64,000 bases of DNA, taken from assembly GCA_918797485.1 (NCBI GenBank), contig CAKKNE010000003.1, positions 5,084,001-5,148,000 on the forward strand, read 5' to 3'. The notes below the pieces were generated by a model. The model made no database searches, was not told the DNA's origin, and saw nothing but the letters and a program-made list of their open reading frames with translations. A program made the position numbers and the translations under genes. This DNA is from Pelagomonas calceolata (lineage: Eukaryota). This document shows positions 30,773 through 41,800 of this stretch, one piece after another (positions within the stretch are counted from its first letter, which is position 1; each line of letters begins with the position of its first letter).

Positions 30773-32926
30773 ATGGCCGAAGAAGGCTCCGCGGATTGTC
30801 GCCTCGTCGCGCGGCTGTGCGGCGTCTTGGAGGCCGTCGCCGACGGCGCCCCGCTCGCGGAGACGTCGGCGGCCTGCCGCGCGGCGATCGCGGACCACGT
30901 CGTGGAGTTGGAACGGGCGGAGGCGGCGGGCGAGGCGGCGGCCGCGGCGGCCGCCGACGCGCTCGACGGCGTCCTGGCCGTGTGGCACCTGTGCGAGGCG
31001 TGCTGCCTCGACGCGCCGCCCGTCCGGGCGTGCCGCCTCGCGGCGTGGCTCCGCGCGCACGCGTTCGACGGCGCCGCCGAGCGCGACGAGTTCGACGCGC
31101 TCGCTCCGCTCCTCGCGCGCCTCGACGCGCCGGCCGAGGCCTGGGCTCCCGACGACACCAGCGACGACGACGAGGCGCGGCGCCCGCTCTGGCAGCTCGC
31201 GTTCCGCGAGTGCCTCCGCGGCCGCGGCGCGCGCGCGTGGGCCGCGCTGCGCGCGCACTCGACGCGGCGGAGCGCGCGCCTCGCGCCGCTCTGGGCCCCC
31301 GTCGGCGCGCTCCTCGAGGCGCTCCCGGCGGCGCCCGACGTGGAGCCCGGCGGGGCGCGCGGCGCCGACGGCGCCCGCGCGGCGGCCGCGCGCGCGCACG
31401 CGCGGGCGGTCGCCGCGTGGCGCGCGGACGCGCGCCGCGCGCGCGCGGCGCTCGTCGCCGGCGCCGCGCCGCTCGTCTCGGCGGCGCCGCCCCTCCGCGC
31501 GCTCGCGGCGCTGCTCGCCGAGGGCGACGTCGACGGCGCGGCGCGCGTCTTCGGCGACCCGGGCCCCGAGGGCCGGCTCCTCGCCGAGGTGGTCTACGCC
31601 GTCGACGCGTCCGGCGGCGCGTCCCTCCGCGACGCGTGCGCGCGCGCGGCGCGCGCCGCGGGCGCCGCCGCCGCGCGCGACGCCGCGACGACGGCGCGCC
31701 TGCGCCTCCTCGGGCGCCTCGCGGTCGACGGCGACGCGGCCGCCGCCGTCGCCGCCGTCGCCGCCGTCGCCGGCGACGCGGCGGCCCCGCTCGGCTGCGC
31801 GGCCGCGCTCGCCGCGCTGTGCGACCGGGGCGCCGGCGGCGCGCCGCCGCCGCCGCCGGGGGCGCCGCCGCTGCCGCGCCTCGCGCCGCCGCTCCTCGAG
31901 CGCGCGGCCGCCGCCGTCGAGGGCGCGTCGTGGCGCCTCGCCGCGCGCGTGTTGCTCCTCGGCGCCGGCGGCGCGCGCGACGCGTACGCGGCGCTGCTGG
32001 CCCGCGCGGCGCCGCGCGACGACGCCGACGCCTGGGACCTCGCGCGTCTCTGCGCGGCCGAGGGCCTCGCGCGGCGCGCGCGCGCGGTCTGCGACGGTCG
32101 CGGCGACGCAGCGCTCGCCGACGGCGCCGACGGCGCCGCGGCCGCCGCGTGGTACGTCCGCGCGGAGCTCCTCGACGATCCCGTGCTCGCGCGCGGCCGC
32201 GCGGCGGTGCCGCGCGACCGCCCGTCGGAGCGGCCGTTCGCGTGCGACGGGCGCCTCGAGGAGTTCTGCGGCGCGGCGCACGCGGCGCTGGCGGAGGCGC
32301 TGGCGCGGGCGTCCCGAGCCGACGCCGGCGCCGACGCCGACGCGCTCGCGCGCGCCGCCGCGCGCGCGAGCGCCGCGGCCGCCGCGCTCGACCCGGCGCA
32401 CGACGCCGACGCGCGCGAGCGCGCCGGCCTCGGCCACCTCGTCGTCGCCGGTCGCCTCGGCCCGCGCGCGGAGGCGCTGGCGACGCTCGCGCCGCTGGCC
32501 GCGGCGCTGGCGGGCCCCCGCGCCGACGACGAGGGCGCCTTGCTCGCGCGCGCGGTCGCGGCCGCGGCGCCGCGCGACGCCGCCGTCGTGCTCGCGTGCG
32601 CGGCCGCGGTCCTCGACCGCGCCGCCGCCGGCGCGCCCGACCCGCTCCGCTACGCCGACGCGCCGCCCGCGCGCCCGCCCGTCCTCGCGTCGCCGGACGT
32701 TCTCGCGCTCATGGAGATCCTCGAGAATTGCGCGGCCCCGCCCTCGCCCGCCGCGGCCGCGACGCTCCGCCTGCGCCTCGCCGAGGCGCTCGCCGCGGCG
32801 TTCGTCCACGAGAATCGCCGCGACCAGCGCGACGCCGGCGCCGCGGCCGTCGGGCGGCACCCGGACCCGGCGCCGGCGTTCTCCCTGTCGGCCGCGGAGC
32901 TCCTCGCGAGCCCCGAGCTCATATAG
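30773..32926 (+). CDS. NUP85: Alpha-helical protein, nucleoporin Nup85-like
   Basis: VWHLCEA...LAAWLR and LC..EGL...AR.VC...AAAWYVRA resemble Nup85 blocks; very Ala-rich. Confidence 0.55.
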   Translation: MAEEGSADCRLVARLCGVLEAVADGAPLAETSAACRAAIADHVVELERAEAAGEAAAAAAADALDGVLAVWHLCEACCLDAPPVRACRLAAWLRAHAFDGAAERDEFDALAPLLARLDAPAEAWAPDDTSDDDEARRPLWQLAFRECLRGRGARAWAALRAHSTRRSARLAPLWAPVGALLEALPAAPDVEPGGARGADGARAAAARAHARAVAAWRADARRARAALVAGAAPLVSAAPPLRALAALLAEGDVDGAARVFGDPGPEGRLLAEVVYAVDASGGASLRDACARAARAAGAAAARDAATTARLRLLGRLAVDGDAAAAVAAVAAVAGDAAAPLGCAAALAALCDRGAGGAPPPPPGAPPLPRLAPPLLERAAAAVEGASWRLAARVLLLGAGGARDAYAALLARAAPRDDADAWDLARLCAAEGLARRARAVCDGRGDAALADGADGAAAAAWYVRAELLDDPVLARGRAAVPRDRPSERPFACDGRLEEFCGAAHAALAEALARASRADAGADADALARAAARASAAAAALDPAHDADARERAGLGHLVVAGRLGPRAEALATLAPLAAALAGPRADDEGALLARAVAAAAPRDAAVVLACAAAVLDRAAAGAPDPLRYADAPPARPPVLASPDVLALMEILENCAAPPSPAAAATLRLRLAEALAAAFVHENRRDQRDAGAAAVGRHPDPAPAFSLSAAELLASPELI

Positions 32927-33392
32927 AAGAGTGCGTCTAAGTTGGTGGACCCGCTGGTCTGTCCGTCGTGGGAGGGTAGTTGTCAGGTTTGTTAGAACGG
33001 TTTGTAAACGCAGAAAGTGCGTGCTTTGTCTTCCTTAATTTATTTATTTATTTATTTATTTACTTTGCTAAGAGCTAGGCCACCTAGCCGCGGAGCCGAC
33101 GCGACGCCTGCGTGACCGTACGCCCGGCCCGCCCCAGAGCTAACCGCCGGGTCGCGCAGTCGGGCAGCCGTACAGAGCACACGGAACATGCGACTCTAAT
33201 GTTACTCTATGTGGTAGCCGGCCAGGTCAGGCTGGGTAGGATCATACTAGGATGGACTGTTCTGGAATCTGGACCGAACCGAGGAAATCGACATTAATGA
33301 CATAGGGGGGTCAAAGCGTAAGATGGTCCGAGATAAAACCCGCCCGAAACCCAATCGAACAACGGGGCGGACGGGATAAATCGGCCTCTAAT

Positions 33393-33420
33393 TGCCCCGT
33401 ACCGTTAACGGTACGGGGCA
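33393..33420. repeat. Perfect 28-bp palindrome
   Basis: TGCCCCGTACCGTTAACGGTACGGGGCA; degenerate copies at ~4497 and ~51850-51881. Confidence 0.9.
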
Positions 33421-33600
33421 CACAGGCCCTAGTGAGTTTTGCGCCACTAGCATTTAAGCTGTTTTACGCCGGTCGTCAGAACGCTGTTCTTCGCCGCTCG
33501 CCCTTTCTTTCCGTCCCCGTAAAAACGTTTCTCTCGCTCCCCGCGTTCCGATGAGCACCTTTTCAAGATAGTTTCGCGGCGCGGAGGCGGACGAGGCCAC

Positions 33601-35805
33601 AGGGCGGCCGCGCCGGTTGAATCCTGTCAATCCCTGTCGAACAGGTCTCCCTGGGGTCGCCTAGGGTCGGTACTATACACGTGCAAGCGCCTACGCCGCA
33701 AGCGCCGCCGCTTCAAGCATTTTTAGTCGATTTCTCTCAGCAGCCCATGAGCACCTTTTCAAAACCATCCGAGCCCACCTTGCCGCGAAACTGCCGCCGA
33801 CACTACGTACCTACGCAGCTGGCGAGAGTATGTCGCAGCGTTATGTAGAGTTGTAGAGTCCTGGCTCACCAGCCAGAGGCTGGGCCAAGCCAACTACGAG
33901 AGTGTTTTATAGTAGTAAATTGGTTTACACCGTACTGGGCCGGCGCTCTTAGCGTCGACCTCCACGCCATCGACGCGACGACCAGCTCGATGGTTTCCAC
34001 ACGGTCACGAGACGAGAGGTGTCGATTGAGACGTGGGCACGGGTGTCGGATCCGCATCGGCGCACCAGAGCGTCTCCTTGTTCGGGTTGTTTCCTTGGTT
34101 CGTGCACCAAGCCTCGCTCCTGTCTCCTCTAAAGTTCACTTTACCAGTGCTGATGATGAGGATCTTGCACCCGCCCCTTGGTCGCAGCACCTGTGCAGAA
34201 ATTGATTTCCGGGCCGGCCCCCTTAGCGTCGACCTCCACGCCATCGACGCGACGACCAGCTCGATGGTTTCCACACGGTCACGAGACGAGAGGTGTCGAT
34301 TGAGACGTGGGCACGGGTGTCGGATCCGCATCGGCGCACCAGAGCGTCTCCTTGTTCGGGTTGTTTCCTTGGTTCGTGCACCAAGCCTCGCTCCTGTCTC
34401 CTCTAAAGTTCACTTTACCAGTGCTGATGATGAGGATCTTGCACCCGCCCCCTTGGTCGCAGACCTGTGCAGAAATTGGATTTCCCGGGCCGGCCCCCTT
34501 AGCGTCGACCTCCACGCCATCGACGCGCGGCACTAGCTCGATGGTTTCCACACGGTCACGAGACGAGAGGTGTCGGTGCACGTGGGGAACGGGTGTCGGA
34601 TCCGCATCGGCGCACAGCGCGTCTCCTTGTTCGGGTTGTTTCCTTGGTTCGTGCACCAAGCCTCGCTCCTGTCTCCTCTAAAGTTCACTTTACCAGTGCT
34701 GATGATGAGGATCTTGCACCCGCCCCCTTGGTCGCAGACCTGTGCAGAAATTGGATTTCCCGGGCCGGCGCCCTTAGCGTCGACCTCCACGCCATCGACG
34801 CGCCTTACTAGCTCGATGGTTTCCACACGGTCACGAGACGAGAGGTGTCGGTGGCACGTGGGCACGGGTGTCGGATCCGCATCGGCGCACCAGAGCGTCT
34901 CCTTGTTCGGGTTGTTTCCTTGGTTCGTGCACCAAGCCTCGCTCCTGTCTCCTCTAAAGTTCACTTTACCAGTGCTGATGATGAGGATCTTGCACCCGCC
35001 CCTTGGTCGCAGACCTGTGCAGAAGTTGATTTCCCGGGCCGGCGCCCTTAGCGTGCCGACCTCCACGCCATCGACGCGGCCACTAGCTCGATGGTTTCCA
35101 CACGGTCACGAGACGAGAGGTGTCGGTGAGCACGTGGGCACGGTGTCGGATCCGCATCGGCGCACCAGCCGCCTCCTTGTTCGGGTTGTTTCCTTGGTTC
35201 GTGCACCAAGCTCCCGCTCCTGTCTCCTCTAAAGTTCACTTTACCAGTGCTGATGATGAGGATCTTGCACCCGCCCCTTGGTCGCAGACCTGTGCAGAAA
35301 TTGATTTCCGGGCCGGCCCCCTTAGCGTCGACCTCCACGCCATCGACGCGCCACTAGCTCGATGGTTTCCACACGGTCACGAGACGAGAGGTGTCGGTTG
35401 AGGCACGGGCGGGTGTCGGATCCGCATCGGCGCACCAGAGCGTCTCCTTGTTCGGGTTGTTTCCTTGGTTCGTGCACCAAGCCTCGCTCCTGTCTCCTCT
35501 AAAGTTCACTTTACCAGTGCTGATGATGAGGATCTTGCACCCGCCCCCTTGGTCGCAGACCTGTGCAGAAATTGGATTTCCCGGGCCGGCGCCCTTAGCG
35601 TCGACCTCCACGCCATCGACGCGACGACTAGCTCGATGGTTTCCACACGGTCACGAGACGAGAGGTGTCGATTGAGACGTGGGCACGGGCGCCGCGACTG
35701 GAGCGGCTTCCGGCGCAGCGGTAGGCCTCAGCGTTGGCGACTGCACGGGGACCACGCTGGGCGCGGGCGTCGGCCGCAGCGTCGGCGTCGACGTCGGTTG
35801 CGGCG
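33601..35805. repeat. Segmental direct duplication, copy 1 (partner 53627-55927)
   Basis: Identical 164-bp flank, same tandem array and identical 119-bp coding stalk; copy 1 has an extra ~170 bp at 33765-33936. Confidence 0.95.
33937..35686 (-). repeat. Tandem array of ~276-bp intron+exon units (7 intron copies, 6 exons)
   Basis: Intron GTGCCCAC...TTTCTGCACAG (35686-35561, 126 nt); exon encodes VCDQGGGCKILIISTGKVNFRGDRSEAWCTNQGNNPNKETLWCADADPTP. Confidence 0.85.
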
Positions 35806-38800
35806 AGGGGCCCGGCGACGACGTCGTGGGGCTCGACGTCGGCGACGGTGTGGTCGGCGATGGCGTGGGGTATCGGACGCTCACGACGACGTCCGCGTCC
35901 GGGGCGGTCGTCGAGGCGGAGAAGTCGGTCAGATGCGTACACGCGCACGTCACGCCGGACGCCGTGTTCGCGACGACGGAACAGCCGTCGGAGGACCAGC
36001 TTCTCGTCGCATTATCCCAGAACGAGCACGAAGCCGCCTTGGTGGGACAATTCACGGTGACGTCGCGCGGGTCTTCAGACCCGCCGCAGTCGAAGGTCGT
36101 GGGCACATCACAGTTGAAGGTCAGGACCTGGGACTGATCCGAACACAGGCCCGTGTCCGTGCCCTGGTCGTAGTCGTCCTCGAGCGCCGGGTCGTAGTCG
36201 AACGGGATGTCAAACACGATGGGTTCGGCGAGATTATCAATCTTGACCGTGGTGCCTTCGCCGCCGAGCTCGATCTGCAGCAGGTCCGAGATGGTGCCGT
36301 CGCCCTCAGAAGCGTAGACGTTCTTCAGTCGGGCCACCTTCACGTCCACGTCGGCCGGTGCTCCCGCCGCCCCGGCGTCGCAACTGCCGCCCCCGGCGGC
36401 GTCGAGGGCCGAGGCGGGCAGGTTTGCCACGCCTGTCCCCGAGAATAATCGAAACGCTGCGTCCCGCGTCCCGCAGTCGGTCCGAAAGGCGCGAAGCTCC
36501 ATGTTGTCCGTGACGACGCTCCTGTTCTGGCCGCCGTAGGCGCCCGCGATCATGCCGGTGGCGAGGGCCCCCACCGTGCCGGCGATCTGCCCGCCCAGGT
36601 CGGCGTTAGCGGCCCCCAACGCCCGCCGCGCGTCCACCATGCCGGACGCGAACAGGCTCGCATCCAGGAGGCTCGAGACCGTAGCCGCCGTCGACGCGGC
36701 CGTGTCGGCGTCGAAGCCACTCCCCGCCGCGCCGCCGACGACGTCGCTGAGCAGCCCGAGCGCGCCCGTCTGCGAGCTCTCAGAGAGAGAGTCGGGGTCC
36801 CCGGTGAGCCTCGAGACGGTGGACAGGACCTGAGCCGCCGCGGCGGCGGACGAGCCCGTGCCCACCAGGCTCGCCGCGCTAATCGTGTGGGCCATCAGGT
36901 CGTCGATCAACTCCTGTTTGGCGGAAAGTCTCCGGCGACTCGCGTCGGTCCCGCCTAAGACGCTCGCCACGTTCGAGACCAGTGACAGCGACGCCTCGCC
37001 ATCGCCCGTGTCCGCCGACGCTGACAATAGATCGCCAGCGAACGCCGAGAGGTCCTCGGTCGAGATCTCGAGCGGGTCCACCCGCACGGGCGTGAAGGCT
37101 TGCGCGTAGGACAGGTAGCGGTCGAAGACGCGGCCAACACACGTGATGTTGACATTCGGCGCTTGCGGCAGTGTCGTAAGGAACCACGCGCTCGCGTACT
37201 GGTCCGCAACCAGCGGCGTCAGCGCCGCGTCCTGGACCAGCCGATACCCGTACGTGTACGTGAGGGGGTAGTCGTCGACGTCGTCGGACCAGCCGTCGAG
37301 CAGGAACTCGAACTCCGTCTCCAGGGCGGTGCCCCGGTACGGCGCGACGGCGAACGTGCCCGAGGTGGGTGGGCCGTTCGTCGTCAGGGAGACGACGGTC
37401 GAGGACGTCGACCCGATGCTGTCCGTGACCGTAAGTCTCAGCCGATACACGGCGTTGGGCCGCGTCTTGCCGAGGTCGATGAGCATGGGAGACGGCGCCC
37501 CGCTGGGCTTGCCGAGGAGGCCCGCGGACTGCCCGGCGCCGACGGACCAGGCGGTTTGTTCGATCGTTCTACCGGGATCGGGCGACGTCGCCTCGAAATA
37601 GATCGCAGCGAACGTGTCCTCCGTGGGATTGTACTTGACGCTCTCGTCGAAGCCCGTGACCGTCGCGCGCGGCATGTACTGGTCCGACGAGACCGACACC
37701 AGCACGCTGTAGGCCGCGCTCCGCGCGCCATGCGAGACCGTCAGCGTGAACTCGTACGAAGTGTCGCTCGCCCAGCCCGCCGCCGTCGTCGGCGTAAACG
37801 CGAGGACGGATTGCGTCGTGTCCGCGGAAGCGAGTAATGGGTTCGCGTCTTCCCTACTCCCGTCGTCCAGCACGCGCGCCGCGGTCCACGCGTACGCGAG
37901 CGCGCCCTCCTCGTCGGGGTCGTACGACTCGGACCCGTCCAGCTCGGTGGTGGCGCCGATCGCCACGGCCTGCTCGACGCCGCCTAAGATGGACGCGACG
38001 AGGACCTGCGACCCGACAACAATCGTGGTAGTAGCGGAGCTGTTAATCGTCATGGTGTCCGCGAAGCCGACGGTCACCTGGAACTTGTAGGTCGTCTGCG
38101 CGGCCAGGGCGTCCGCCGGCAGGCGACACGACATGGGGTTGGCGGTGTACTCCGCCAAGTCCGGGATGTCTCGGACGTACGTCGCCCCCGCCAGCCGCCA
38201 CGCGCGCCAGGCGAAGCCCAGCGCCGTGGACGACACGTTCGCGTCGACGCAGGCGAGCTTGGGCAGCGCGACGTCGAGTTTGAGCGACTTTTTGTCGGAC
38301 CGAACCATGGTCTGCGTCGCGGCGCTCTGGAACTGGACGCTCGGCGCCGGCGAGGCCAGCTTGTCGACGGTCGCGTAGGCCGTGGTCGTCACGCCGAGAA
38401 AATTCGTCGCGGTGATGAGGAAGTCGTAGGCCCGGCCCGCGAGGAGGTCGTCGAAGGCGAGGCCCAGGGTCACGGCGCCAGCGGCGTCGGCGGCCGCGAG
38501 CTTGGCCTTGAGCGCCGCCACGCTGGCCATGTCGGCGTCCGTCTCGGCGTCCCAGCTCGTCAGCACGCCCCAGTTGTACGTCAGAGCTCGCGAGCCGCCG
38601 CCCGTGGCGCCGCGCGCGTCGAGGACGACGCCGTCGCAGACGCCGACGCTCTCCGGCGCCGTGATCGAGACCGCCGGCGCCACGGGATGCAGCGGCTTTT
38701 GGGCCTCGGCGTACTGGGCGGCGCTCGTGAGCGTCGCGCCGTCGAGGTCGTTCTTCAGCACGCCGCCCTTGAGCCACGCGGCGTTCTTCTCCGTCGCGGC

Positions 38801-41800
38801 CACGTAGTCGAACGGCACTATCTGGGCGCCCGCGCCGAACGTCACGCGCAGCGCGCTCGAGTTCGTCCAGGCGCACGTACCGTCCGCGCCGAATTGCTGC
38901 GCCGCGTACTCGAAGAGCGTAGCGCAATCAATATCCCACTCGCCGTCGATCATGTTCGTCGGGCTGTCGAAGAGCACGTCGAGGCCGTTGCCGCCGTCCA
39001 GGAACCGCACAAGCTCTAGCTTGGGCGGCGGCACACTATCCACCGAGAACTCTACGGCGATCTCGACGTCGGAGACGGCGAGGCCGTCGAAGAAGGCGTC
39101 GGAGGAGGCGACGGAGTGCGTGAGCGTGGCCGTCCTGCCCTCCAGGACGTCTGGGTCTGCGAGAGAGGCGTTGACGGCCACGTACTTCCGATCCCAGTTG
39201 TCCGGCGTAAACAAGAGCCGCTTCGTGTTGAACACGTTCGTGTCGGCGCAGCCGAGCGACACGATGACGTCAGCCGTCGGCGGCGCGGAGAGCGTGATCC
39301 AGTAGCCGTCGCTGAACGTCGGACCGTCGACGCCGGCCCCGACCGTCAGCGCCTTGCCGCTCACGGTGGCGAAGGCGACGTCGTCCTCGATGACTTGGCA
39401 CGTCATCGTAGCCGAGCGTCGGCCGTCATAATTAGCATCGTCCGAGCGCGCCACGAACCATACGGAGTAGTTGCGGTCGCCGGAGAGCACGGCGTCGTCG
39501 GCGACGCGGAACTCGTACGTCGCGGCCGAGGCCCAGTCGGCGGGCTCGACCGTGCGGTTCCCTCCGTCGGCGCCGTCGACGGAGATGCTCGCAAACGCGT
39601 CGACGTCGCCCTTGACCTCGAGGCGCACGGCGGAAAACGGCCGGCTCGTCAGCGCCGCCGTGAAGACGAAGGCCGCGGCGTTCTCCTTTGCTTTCGCCGT
39701 GAGGGCCGCCGCGGCGGAGGTGACGGGGTCCGTCGTCGCCAGGAATTTGTTCACCTCGATCAGCGACTCGTCGACGTCCAGCACCGTCACGGCGAACGAC
39801 CCGATAAAGTTTCGCTCGCGGCCGTAGATCGCATCGTCCGAGTCGAGGGAGACCGTGATGGTCTGCACGACACTCTGACCGTTATTGACGCGGTCCCGGA
39901 GCGCGCCGGCGGCGAGGGTGAGAATAGTGTCGCCGGCGGGAATGATTTTCGTGACGAAGGCTCTTCCGCGGTCGGAGACGAGCGCGTAGCCCGGGTTATC
40001 TGGGTCCTCGTCGTAGAAGCGGAGGGCACCGCCGCCCTTTCTCCGCCTGCCGCGAAAACCGCCGCCGCCCTGCTCCCACGCGCTCAGCGACACGTGGACG
40101 GGCTCGGTCGCCGGGACCGTGAGGTTGACGACCAGGTGCTCTACCTTGAGACCCGTCCCCGTAAAGGCCGCCTCGGCCAGTTCCGCGGGCGGCGTCGCCG
40201 AGAAGTCCGCCAGGCGGTAATTTATGGTCGTCGGCGCGAGCGACGGCACCGGCGACGGCACCGCAGTCGTCGGCGCGGCCGTCGGCGCGGCCGTCGGGGC
40301 CGACGATGGTACGGCCGTCGGAACCGACGTGGGCCCAAAGGTGCCGCACTCGAATGTCACGGCCCGGTCCTCACTCGCCCCGCCGCGTCGCTCGCTCCAC
40401 GTGACTTCACCCCACGGAAAAGCCTCGCCGCCGTAGGCGTGCGCTTCGTAGTGGCAGGTCGGCGCTGGGAGGGCTTCAACAACGACCACCTCGGAGACCA
40501 GAAGCGTGGAGAACGCCGCGAACGCTCCCGATGCGCCCGCGGCCGAAGCCGCTGCCTGGACGTACGTATCCACCTGGCTCGGGCTCACGTCTTCGAGGAT
40601 TTTGGCCAGCGCTAATGCGGTGTAGAACGAGTCGGCGCGGATCGAGTATGTGATCGCGAGAAGGGTCGTCGGCGTCGGCGCGTGGCCGAGCGAGCAGCAG
40701 AGCACGCCGCCCTGCTGCGCGGCCCAGTCCGGCGAATCGTTCGTGCACAGGAAATCGGTGCCACAGCACCAGTCGTCGTCGCCGTCGTCGCAGTCTCCAT
40801 CGATATCGCAGCACGTCGCGGCGCTGGCGTCGGGGCACGTCGGGTTCGAACAGACCTCGTCCTCGTCCTCGCTGCAGCACTCGCCCCACGTACTACAACA
40901 CCACCCATGGCATTCCGCCGCCGCCGCGCAGTTGTGCTCGTCGCCGCATTCCGGGCAGAGTGCTTCCCAGTAATCGTAATCGTCTGAACCCGTCGACGAA
41001 CCGGGGATGCTGCAGACGGCGCCCACTGGATCGGCTCCCTCCCACTCGTCGCAGTTACCGTCCGCCCAACCACTGGAGTGGCCCTTGTAGAAGCCAGCGC
41101 AGTCCTCGTTGCCGCCCGATTGATTGGGCTCGCCGCCCGCCCAGTTGACATAGTCGAGAGCGCTGCCGTCGACCCAGGCGTACGAGCCTTCTGTGGTCGT
41201 GTCGGACAGGCCAATCCACGCGCTCGAGCCGGACGGAACGACTGCCTTCGCCGCCGCATCCTCGGCGGCGCTGTGGATGGTGGCCAGATCGCCGCCACGG
41301 CTCTGGCACTGCGCGCGACCGTTCGACCACGAACCCACGTCGGCGACGAATAAAAATTCCGTGAAGGAGGCATCGCCTGAACCGCAGTCCTGCTCCGTGA
41401 CGGCGCCGTTCACGACGCATCCGATGGTCGCGTCCGAGAGTGTATTGTCGTTAAAGTCGCCGCTAGAGGCGCGGTACACGCCTGGGCCATCGAGGAAATC
41501 GTGGCGCCCACCACAATCTGGGCAATGCTCGTGGACCCAGGCGCCGCACGCCGCTGCGCCCTCGACACGCACGTACGAGATCTGATCATTTCCTGGGCAC
41601 GGTGCCGAGGTGAGCACGCTGTTTGGATGACTATCGCACCGTTCGCAGTTCCCGTACCGACCTGCCGGGAGGGTGCAGCAGGTACCGGAGCCGTCTTCGT
41701 TGGAGCAAAAGGTGGCCGCGCATTTGGGCATGGTCGTAACCTCAATCTCGACGGACACCTGAGATTGGGCGACGGAGGCCATGCTCGCGATCGCGGAGAC

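Noticed and set aside
33937..35686. Arrays as CRISPR-like repeat-spacer loci or DGR variable repeats
   Set aside because: Units are 276 bp with no unique spacers; variation is a few indels/substitutions at error-prone sites; no cas gene or DGR RT nearby; the exon/intron reading explains the unit
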